A stretch of DNA of 64,000 nucleotides from Ignavibacteriota bacterium. GTDB taxonomy: Bacteria > Bacteroidota > Ignavibacteria > UBA10030 > BY39. A program made the translations under genes and the position numbers. The stretch lies in contig QOQV01000004.1 of the NCBI GenBank assembly GCA_003327435.1, forward strand, positions 1,037-65,036, given 5' to 3'. The stretch's first letter is position 1; each line of letters opens with the position of its first letter. The notes beneath the pieces are model-generated. The model worked only from the letters and a program-made list of their open reading frames with translations. It was not told where the DNA came from and did no database searches. Shown here in pieces: positions 1 to 8,200 of this stretch.

Positions 1-146
1 CGATGTGGTTTACCCTGTTTAAACATTTTTTTCAAATCGGCAGCTGTTTTCAGAGCTAACTCGATTTCTTTTACTGTCCAATCTTTTGTTTCAATATAAT
101 CTTTCCCACGCAAAATGTTTGGAAGTTTAGGTAATTTTGTTGGCAT
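1..146 (-). CDS. ornithine/aspartate carbamoyltransferase-family protein (YgeW-like role), 5' part only; runs off the window
   Basis: Manual translation from ATG at 146: MPTKLPKLPNILRGKDYIETKDWTVKEIELALKTAADLKKMFKQGKPHR, which resembles the OTCase N-terminus (L.GKD.I...DW...EI...L..A.DLK). Lies directly downstream of the ygeY-like gene. Confidence 0.65.
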   Translation of the reverse strand, partial: MPTKLPKLPNILRGKDYIETKDWTVKEIELALKTAADLKKMFKQGKPH

Positions 147-161
147 ATTGTTTCCTTTATT

Positions 162-1370
162 TTATTTTACTTTTGTTAGATATTCAAATGGAAAAGCTGC
201 GTACCATGCAGCCGCTTTTACAAGATGTTCAACTGGTATCTGTTCAGTTGCCATATGTGCATAAATTTCGTTTCCTGGTCCAAATCCAACGCAAGGGATT
301 CCATATCTACCCATTATTGAAACACCATTTGTGCTGAAGACCCATCTACCAATTACAGGTTTTTCGCCGAAAAGTTTTTCATAAGTTTCTTTACCCGCAA
401 TCAGAGCTGGATGGTCTTCGGGTAAAAGCCAGGTAGGATAATATTTTTTGGTTGGATACACAAGTCCTTTCCAGCTTGGAACTGCGTAATCAAGAACAAC
501 AACCTCTGCGTTGGCTTGCTTCACACTATCGAGTTCCTGAATTTGTTTAACTGCGAGTTCCCAGGTTTCAGTAGCTGCAAGACGACGATCGAGATGAATT
601 GTTGCTGAATCGGCAACCGCACAAAGTGATGGAGATGTGGAACGGATTTCAGAAATTGTTACTGTTCCCTTACCTAAAAACGGTTCACCAGTCAATCTTT
701 CGTTAAGTTTTTGAATATCAAGAATAATTGGTGCCATCTTGTAAATTGCATTATCACCTCTCTCAGGCGCAGAACCGTGACAGGATACACCTTTTACTCG
801 AACCTCAATCTCCATTCTACCTCTATGTCCTAGATAAACACCTAAGTTTGTTGGCTCAGCAATTACAACTATTTCTGGTTTTAATTTCTCTTCATTTATT
901 ATATATTGCCAACAAAGTCCATCACAATCTTCTTCCTGAACGCTACCAACTATGTACAATGTAAAATCGTCTTTAAGATTCAAATCTTTAATGATTTTTC
1001 CACCATAAACGAGTGCAGCCATTGCACCTTTCATATCACATGCGCCTCTGCCATAAATTATACCATCTTTTAAATCACCCTTGAAAGGATCAACCGTCCA
1101 GTTTTCTGGGTTCCCAACATCTACTGTATCGATATGAGCATCCATTGCAATTATATGTTTTCCATTCCCAATTCTTCCGAGAATGTTTCCCATTCCATCA
1201 ATAATTACCTCATCATAACCAATGCTTTCCATTTCTTCTTTGATTCTATAAACAACATCTTTTTCCTGACTGCTAACTGATTTGATAGCAATAATATCTC
1301 TTAAAAATTTTGTAACAGCTTTTTCGTTTCTTCTTGATTCCTCAAAAATTTTCTGATAGTCAATAACCAT
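162..1370 (-). CDS. ygeY: YgeY-family M20 metallohydrolase
   Basis: DAHIDTV, GRGACDMKG, VQEEDCDG, AEPT, GHRGRME, SCHGSAPERG and FSTNG motifs; context next to ssnA and xdh. Confidence 0.85.
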   Translation of the reverse strand: MVIDYQKIFEESRRNEKAVTKFLRDIIAIKSVSSQEKDVVYRIKEEMESIGYDEVIIDGMGNILGRIGNGKHIIAMDAHIDTVDVGNPENWTVDPFKGDLKDGIIYGRGACDMKGAMAALVYGGKIIKDLNLKDDFTLYIVGSVQEEDCDGLCWQYIINEEKLKPEIVVIAEPTNLGVYLGHRGRMEIEVRVKGVSCHGSAPERGDNAIYKMAPIILDIQKLNERLTGEPFLGKGTVTISEIRSTSPSLCAVADSATIHLDRRLAATETWELAVKQIQELDSVKQANAEVVVLDYAVPSWKGLVYPTKKYYPTWLLPEDHPALIAGKETYEKLFGEKPVIGRWVFSTNGVSIMGRYGIPCVGFGPGNEIYAHMATEQIPVEHLVKAAAWYAAFPFEYLTKVK

Positions 1371-1378
1371 ATCTTTCC

Positions 1379-2836
1379 TTACAATTTATTTATTAATTGA
1401 TTAAATTCAATTATAAGTTTATCAAAATATTTTACTTCCTCTTCCAGGATATTCTTCCAATATTCTGGATTCCATTGTTCATTCAATTCTTTAACATCTT
1501 TACCCTGCTGTTCAACCCAGGTAAAATATTTCAGATTATGTATTGTTTTACGATCGTAATAAGTTAATTCTTTAAAATAATCAATACTCTGATGAAGTAT
1601 TGGTGCTGAATGGTCTTTTGCTGCTTGCAGAATATCATATTTCCCGTATGCTTCACGCATTTCTTTCAATCGTGAGCGATACATATCAAAAGAATCCGTG
1701 AAAATTGTGAATATGACATCTTGCTCACTTAACTCGAAATATTTTGCCGTTTTAATGGAACTCAACAAATTGCTTATGCTTGATATTCCTAATAATTCAA
1801 GATTATTTACTAAATCCTCTGATAGACCTAAACTTAAAAGGTACTTTTTGCCTTCTTCTTCATTAAATAGGCGGAGAACTCTCATACAATCTTCATCATC
1901 TATTGCCACGACTGCATCAGTATTACGGATGTTATGAATCCACGGTACATGTTTATCGCCAATTCCTTCGATTCTGTGACCACCAAAACCGTTCATAAGA
2001 AGAGTTGGACATTGTAGAGCTTCGCTGGCAACAATTTTAAGATGAGGATACAATTTTTTTAGATAATCGCCTGTTGCAATTGTACCAGCAGAACCTGTAG
2101 CTGAAACAAATGCCGAGATATTATAATTTTCTTTTCCGATATAACCATAAACCTCATCTACTGCAGGACCAGTTACATTGTAATGCCAGATAGAATTTCC
2201 GAATTCATCAAATTGGTTGAATATTATGTTAGTTGGATCTTTACGGAGTTCCCAGCATTTATCATAAATTTCTTTAACATTTGATTCACATCCGGGAGTT
2301 GCTATAACTTCAGCACCGATCTCTTTTAGCCATGCAAATCTTTCTTTAGACATTTCCTCTGGTAGAATGGCAATTGGTGTACATCCCAATAGTACTGAAT
2401 TAAAAGCACCACCGCGACAATAATTTCCTGTTGATGGCCACACTGCTTTATGAACTTCTGGATTAAATTCACCGCTTACAAGTCGTGGTACAAGACATCC
2501 AAAAGAAGCGCCTACTTTATGTGCGCCTGTCGGAAAATACTTACCAATCAGTCCAATGATACGAGCTTTTACACCGGTAATCTCTTCAGGAATCTCAAGA
2601 TAATTCACTTTACCAAATAAACCTGTTTTTATATCATTTTTCCAGGTAACACGAAAAAGATTCAATGGATTAATATCCCATAGACCAACCTCAGGTAATT
2701 TTGATTTGATTTCTTGAGGTATGGTATCTGGATTTCGTAATTGTGAGAATGTTGGAATTACAATTCCTTTTTCTTTACATCGTTTTGCTGTTTTTTTTAC
2801 AACTTCAGAATTAATTTGCTTGATTATTTTTGACAT
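1379..2836 (-). CDS. PLP-dependent fold-type II enzyme (cysteine synthase/ammonia-lyase superfamily)
   Basis: FPTGAHKVGA (PLP lysine), PSTGNYCRGG, ATGSAGT phosphate loop, HRIEGIG. Confidence 0.75.
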   Translation of the reverse strand: MSKIIKQINSEVVKKTAKRCKEKGIVIPTFSQLRNPDTIPQEIKSKLPEVGLWDINPLNLFRVTWKNDIKTGLFGKVNYLEIPEEITGVKARIIGLIGKYFPTGAHKVGASFGCLVPRLVSGEFNPEVHKAVWPSTGNYCRGGAFNSVLLGCTPIAILPEEMSKERFAWLKEIGAEVIATPGCESNVKEIYDKCWELRKDPTNIIFNQFDEFGNSIWHYNVTGPAVDEVYGYIGKENYNISAFVSATGSAGTIATGDYLKKLYPHLKIVASEALQCPTLLMNGFGGHRIEGIGDKHVPWIHNIRNTDAVVAIDDEDCMRVLRLFNEEEGKKYLLSLGLSEDLVNNLELLGISSISNLLSSIKTAKYFELSEQDVIFTIFTDSFDMYRSRLKEMREAYGKYDILQAAKDHSAPILHQSIDYFKELTYYDRKTIHNLKYFTWVEQQGKDVKELNEQWNPEYWKNILEEEVKYFDKLIIEFNQLINKL

Positions 2837-2915
2837 TCTTTCATCCTATTTGAGTTTACAAGTAACAAATTGAAAATTATATTATTTATCTTTGTGAAAA
2901 TTTATGATTAATTTA

Positions 2916-4241
2916 CTACATTCTTTCCCACAATTCTTTAGCGAGTTCACGAGCACGTGCATTAATCCTTTCTTCATCGATATCAATTTGTAGTTTTCGA
3001 TTTTCCATTAATATCTTTCCATCTATTATTGTAGTATCAACGATTGACTGCGTAATTCCAAACATAAAGTGACCCAGAAATGTTGACTCATCAAGTGGAG
3101 TTGGTGGGAAATAATCAATCAAGATAACATCAGCAGCGTAGTTTTCCTTAAGTTCCCCAATTTTTGGATTCCAATATCTATTAGCAATTTTTGAGTTATT
3201 GAAAAGAAGTGTTGAAATTGCTTCAACGAAACCAACACTTGGATTTTTCTGATAAAGATGCTGAAGCCAGAGAGCAACCCTAACTTCTTCCATCATATTT
3301 ACTGTCATTGCATCCGTTCCAAGGCCTACCAGGACACCTTTGTTCTGCATCTTAATAATATCAGCAACACCAACAGCGTTGTTCATATTTGATTGTGGAT
3401 TATGCGCAACTGCTGTTTTTGTTTCTGCAAGTAATTCCATTTCTTTTTCGTTAATATGCACACAATGGGCAGCTATTGATTTCTCACCAAGGATACCAAA
3501 TTTATTAAATCTTTCCACAACTCTCATTTTATGATTTGTTTCACAGTGTACTTGGTCAGAAGCGGCTTCAGCTGTGTGAACATGAAAACCAACACCAAGT
3601 TCTTTACCAAGCATTGCAGCCTTCTCAAGTGTTTGCTCTCCAATCGTAAATGATGCATGTAATCCAAATAAAGCTTTAAATTGATTATCGTTGTTGTTAT
3701 TACACTGCTTTATAAAATCTACATTTTCTTCCAATCCTTCATCAGCAATTTTTTGTCCATCACGATCCGAAACCTCATAACACAGAGATGCACGCAAGCC
3801 AACCTCTTTTACTGCTTTCGCAATTTGCGTTAGTGAACCACGGACAGCAAAAGGACTTGCATGATGATCAATCAGGGTTGTGGTTCCATGCCGAATTGCA
3901 TTCATTGCAGGTATAAGTGTACTATAATAACAATCTTCAAGCACCAATTTTTTATCTAATCTCCACCAGAGATTTTGTAATACCTCATTAAAATCTTTTG
4001 ATGGAGCCGCCTTTCCGTATCCTCTTACCAGTGTAGAATAGAAATGCATATGTGCATTTATAAACCCGGGCATTACAATCTTACCTGATGCATCAATAAT
4101 CTTATCGTATGAACCTGTAAAAGAATTTGTTGGAGCAATTTTTTTAATTAATCCATTTTCAATTAATAAACTATGGCCATATAGAACCTTGTTAGGTTCA
4201 CCAAGAGTTATGATAATTCCGTTTTTAATTAAGATGGTCAT
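2916..4241 (-). CDS. ssnA: SsnA-type amidohydrolase
   Basis: PGFINAHMHFYS, LWWRLD, GTTTLIDHHASP, LCYEVSDRDG, GLHASFT, HNPQSNMNN, LGTD. Confidence 0.85.
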   Translation of the reverse strand: MTILIKNGIIITLGEPNKVLYGHSLLIENGLIKKIAPTNSFTGSYDKIIDASGKIVMPGFINAHMHFYSTLVRGYGKAAPSKDFNEVLQNLWWRLDKKLVLEDCYYSTLIPAMNAIRHGTTTLIDHHASPFAVRGSLTQIAKAVKEVGLRASLCYEVSDRDGQKIADEGLEENVDFIKQCNNNNDNQFKALFGLHASFTIGEQTLEKAAMLGKELGVGFHVHTAEAASDQVHCETNHKMRVVERFNKFGILGEKSIAAHCVHINEKEMELLAETKTAVAHNPQSNMNNAVGVADIIKMQNKGVLVGLGTDAMTVNMMEEVRVALWLQHLYQKNPSVGFVEAISTLLFNNSKIANRYWNPKIGELKENYAADVILIDYFPPTPLDESTFLGHFMFGITQSIVDTTIIDGKILMENRKLQIDIDEERINARARELAKELWERM

Positions 4242-4242
4242 A

Positions 4243-6750
4243 TTATGCCTCTACGAGTAGTTTTAGTTCTTTGGGTGTTCTTTCTCTCATATAAAGTGCA
4301 CCTGCGAAACATTTCTGTACGCAAATTGAGCAACCAATGCAACGAGCTGGATCTGTGACCGGAATTTTATTTTTATCAAGCTCGATTGCTAGATACGGGC
4401 AACGTGTACAATTTCCGCAGTGTTCACATAATTCTGGAACAACTGCTGAGATTTTTTTAGTAGAAGGTAGTTCCATAAATCCAGTTATCGGATTTGGTAA
4501 AGCCCTACCTATTAGTTCGGCAACGGATTTTATTCCTCTTTCCTGCATTAGATAACTCAAACCAGAATGCAGATCATCGATTATTCCGTATCCATATTTC
4601 ATTACAATTGTACAGAATTGCACATTTTTTGCACCAAGAGCGAGGAAATTGGCAGCAGCTTTATAATCCATAGGTCCGCCGTTACCTGAAACCATAACAC
4701 CTAACTTTGAAACATTTGCAAGTGTGAGATATGAAATTGGTAGTACTCCTTCGCCGCTCATTCCTACAACAATACCTTCTTCCCAGGTTTTCTTTTGTCC
4801 TTTACGAAAAGCAAGTGTCGGGAAGGTGTTTGCTAATGTAACTCCAGCCTTTTTGTCAGGATACTTTGCAAAAACCTCCTTGATTGCTGTGATAATTGGA
4901 TAGATTGAAGTAACAGCAGCAGTAAGTTTGAACAATTTGGGTATTTCTGGATCACTTACCTGCATAACCCAATCTATAATTTTTGCTGTCAGTTCAGCAT
5001 CTTGAGAAACAATGTCACCCTTTGTTCCATCACCGCCCTGAGGACAGGATAAGCTATATTCAATTGCCATTGCGCCTGCTGATTCCAACTTTTTCGTGTT
5101 GGATTGCCAGGCACGAGAATCACTTTCGTCATCACCGGTAACAGGACCACCTGTTGAAGCTGCTGTGAGGCGATCCGGATACTCACGGATAAGTTTTTCA
5201 ACTTCACGGCAAACTCTATCAAGTGGATGACCTGATACATTGTCGCAATTGGCATATGTGGATTTAGAAAATGCAAACATATATTCTGATGGAATATGAA
5301 TAGGTACATTATCAAATGCTGTTTTCATAATACCGCCAGCCCAACCGGCTTCATAGGCTTTCTTCATTTGTGCATATCCATCGGTTGGAGGTGCAGCGGA
5401 AAGCAAAAAGGGAGATAAAATTTTCCTTCCAAAGAAATCTGTTTCAAGTGGAACAGGTATTAATACCCTACCTGGTAATATCACGCGACTCTTTGTAGGT
5501 TTATCACTTTTATTAAGACCACTTTTATTTTTCTTAAAGACATAAGCATCAATTTCAAGCGCAATATTTTTACCAGTTGCCACAGCTTCAACTACAGTTG
5601 TAGGTCCATATACAAGATCACCGGTATAGAAAATTCCTTTTTGATTTTGTTTTTTTATAGACGACCTCGCTCCTGCTGAAATGATAACAAAATCTATATC
5701 ATTCCTTATCTGTAAACTCTCCTTTAAATCTTTTACATTGTTTGGGTGAAACTTCTTACCTTCAGGAAGGAATACTTTTTTTGTTTTTAAACCGACAATC
5801 TGTTTTCCTTTTGTCAGAATTTCAGTAACTCTGACTCTACCGTTAATTTCGATTCCTAATTTACGTATTGAATCTCTTTCTTTTGCTGTTAGTGGCATTT
5901 CCGACCATTTCTCGAGTGCAAAAAACTCAACGGCTTGAGCACCTTTCTCAAAAGCAACTTCCGCACAATCGAGAGCTACAGCTCCACCACCGATAATGGC
6001 AACTTTCTTCCCTTTTACTTTATATTTTTTCGGATCGCTTAGATATTCAATCCAATCCACTGCATAATTGCTTCCAACAATATCAGGTATAAATGCCTGA
6101 TCAAGTCCGGTAGCAACCAGAACAGCATCGTAACCATTTTTGGAAAGTTTTTTCAAAGTTCCTTTCTTAAATGAAATTTTTCCAAGAGATTTAAGAAAAT
6201 CAATATCCGTTTCAAGTACTTCTTTTGGTAATCTGGATTCAGGAATAAGATTACACATACCTCCGGGTTTTTCCATCAAATCATAGACATCAACTTTATA
6301 CCCCTTTTGAATTAAGACCGCAGCCGCTCCAAGTCCTGCAGGACCGGCACCGTAAATTGCAACTTTCTTACCATTTAATGATGCTTTTAAAAAACTGGGC
6401 ATCGCATCCAACTTTTTAGCTCTATCTATTATAGTAGCTTGTACTGCTGGAATGTTAACAGCCGAATCAAACTTAAGATGAACACAGGCACTCATACAAT
6501 GCCTATCGGGACATACAGCACCACATACACCACCAAGCGGATTACTTCCCATAATATGAGCAGCGGATCTCATATAATCTGACCGCTCCCCAACTTTTAC
6601 AGCCATTATAAAATCTGCTGGCGAACAATCCACCGGACAGGCTTCCTTACAGGGTTTTTCCTCACAATACTCACATTTATCTATTTCAGCACGCAATTGT
6701 GCATAAGTCAAAAACTTACTGAATTTATCGTTATTACTTTTTTGCACCAT
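4243..6750 (-). CDS. fused dihydropyrimidine-dehydrogenase-like flavo/Fe-S reductase (PreT-like + PreA-like + 2x[4Fe-4S])
   Basis: N-terminal CEYC..PC..ACP and CGAVCP..C...C clusters, GAGPAG and GGGAVA nucleotide-binding loops, FMN barrel with SLSCP and ANT, C-terminal CEHCGNC..CP and CIGCSIC...C. Confidence 0.8.
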   Translation of the reverse strand: MVQKSNNDKFSKFLTYAQLRAEIDKCEYCEEKPCKEACPVDCSPADFIMAVKVGERSDYMRSAAHIMGSNPLGGVCGAVCPDRHCMSACVHLKFDSAVNIPAVQATIIDRAKKLDAMPSFLKASLNGKKVAIYGAGPAGLGAAAVLIQKGYKVDVYDLMEKPGGMCNLIPESRLPKEVLETDIDFLKSLGKISFKKGTLKKLSKNGYDAVLVATGLDQAFIPDIVGSNYAVDWIEYLSDPKKYKVKGKKVAIIGGGAVALDCAEVAFEKGAQAVEFFALEKWSEMPLTAKERDSIRKLGIEINGRVRVTEILTKGKQIVGLKTKKVFLPEGKKFHPNNVKDLKESLQIRNDIDFVIISAGARSSIKKQNQKGIFYTGDLVYGPTTVVEAVATGKNIALEIDAYVFKKNKSGLNKSDKPTKSRVILPGRVLIPVPLETDFFGRKILSPFLLSAAPPTDGYAQMKKAYEAGWAGGIMKTAFDNVPIHIPSEYMFAFSKSTYANCDNVSGHPLDRVCREVEKLIREYPDRLTAASTGGPVTGDDESDSRAWQSNTKKLESAGAMAIEYSLSCPQGGDGTKGDIVSQDAELTAKIIDWVMQVSDPEIPKLFKLTAAVTSIYPIITAIKEVFAKYPDKKAGVTLANTFPTLAFRKGQKKTWEEGIVVGMSGEGVLPISYLTLANVSKLGVMVSGNGGPMDYKAAANFLALGAKNVQFCTIVMKYGYGIIDDLHSGLSYLMQERGIKSVAELIGRALPNPITGFMELPSTKKISAVVPELCEHCGNCTRCPYLAIELDKNKIPVTDPARCIGCSICVQKCFAGALYMRERTPKELKLLVEA

Positions 6751-6797
6751 AAAAAAATTCCTCTTAATTAGAATTTACAAATGAAATTTTATACATA

Positions 6798-7271
6798 CTA
6801 GGATTTTCTAAGTTCTTTACTTGCGCCCTTAATTGCTTCAACTATCTGTATATAACCTGTGCATCTACATAGATTTCCAGCTATCGCTGTTCTTATCTCA
6901 ACTTCATCCGGCTCTGAATTTTCATCTAAAAGTTCTTTTGAAGTCATCAATAAACCCGGTGTACAGAAACCACAATGAACAGCACCATAATCAATAAATG
7001 CTTTCTGGAGTGGGTGGAGAACATCTCCTTCAGCTAATCCTTCTACTGTAAGCACTTCTTTATTATGTATTTGCGGGACAAGAACTAAACAGGAATTCAC
7101 TGCTTTTCCGTTTAACAAAACAGTACACGCACCACACTCACCAATTTCACAACCACATTTTGTACCTGTCAAGCCAAGTTCTTCACGCAAAAAATGAAGC
7201 AATGTCTGATTCGGAGAAACCGAGAGTTCATACACCTTATTGTTTATTTTCGTTTTTATATTAACTTTCAT
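6798..7271 (-). CDS. molybdenum hydroxylase (xanthine dehydrogenase family) 2Fe-2S subunit
   Basis: GTKCGCEIGECGACTV, NSC, HCGFCTPG, GNLCRCTGY. Confidence 0.92.
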   Translation of the reverse strand: MKVNIKTKINNKVYELSVSPNQTLLHFLREELGLTGTKCGCEIGECGACTVLLNGKAVNSCLVLVPQIHNKEVLTVEGLAEGDVLHPLQKAFIDYGAVHCGFCTPGLLMTSKELLDENSEPDEVEIRTAIAGNLCRCTGYIQIVEAIKGASKELRKS

Positions 7272-7298
7272 AATAAAATCTTTTTATCAATATAGTTT

Positions 7299-8159
7299 TT
7301 AAGTCATTACACATTTTTCCAGAGCTCTACGCACAAGCGCAGAAATTACAGGTTCTTTATATTCAGTAGACCATCTTCTTCCAGTATAGGAAATCATTAC
7401 TTCTGAAACTTTAGCACCAGCTGCTCTAAACAATTCCATTGATGGTTTTTCGCCAATTAATATTTCTTCAGCTTCGGTAACCCGCCTCCAGGTAGGTAAT
7501 GCGGCACCAGGAACTAAACGAGCATCAAGAATTTTTCCACTATCGTCCTGTTGTAAAACTGCTGCGACACTCAATCGAGAAATAGATAACGCATTTCTTC
7601 TTCCAAGTTTAATGAATACGCTCTTTGCATTCTCAGGCAAAGCTGAAAATTTTATTTCCGTAAGCACTTCATCAGGATTTGCTTTGGTTTTATATGGTTT
7701 TATGAAGAAATCATTAAGTGGAAGTATTCTTGCATCATTAATGGATTGAAGAGTTATTTCGGCATTTAAGGCAATCAATGGTGGAACTGTATCCGCACAA
7801 GCAGCTGCGTTCATAATATTGCCACCAACAGTACCACGATTACGAATCTGCAAAGAGCCAATTTGAGAAGCAGCTTCACTCAGCAAATAAGCTTTCCTTC
7901 TTAAAACATTCGATTTATAAATTTGAGTGTGAGTTGATAACGGTTTTAAAATTATGTGGTTATCATTTTCATAAATACCATCAAGTTCTTTGACATAACT
8001 AATATCCACAATAGCTTTAGGGAATTTTGCAGGTTTGCGTCGTAATTCTATCAGTAAATCTGTCCCACCTGCAAGTATTTTTGCTTCAGGTCCGAATTTG
8101 GAGAGGATATCCAATATTTCATCTAATTTTTCAGAGAATTTATACTCAAAGGGTTTCAT
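7299..8159 (-). CDS. molybdenum hydroxylase FAD-binding subunit
   Basis: ILAGGTDL, IGSLQIRNRGTVGGNI. Confidence 0.9.
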   Translation of the reverse strand: MKPFEYKFSEKLDEILDILSKFGPEAKILAGGTDLLIELRRKPAKFPKAIVDISYVKELDGIYENDNHIILKPLSTHTQIYKSNVLRRKAYLLSEAASQIGSLQIRNRGTVGGNIMNAAACADTVPPLIALNAEITLQSINDARILPLNDFFIKPYKTKANPDEVLTEIKFSALPENAKSVFIKLGRRNALSISRLSVAAVLQQDDSGKILDARLVPGAALPTWRRVTEAEEILIGEKPSMELFRAAGAKVSEVMISYTGRRWSTEYKEPVISALVRRALEKCVMT

Positions 8160-8200
8160 AAATTTAGAATTTCAATCATAAAGAGAACGGTGGATTTTCA

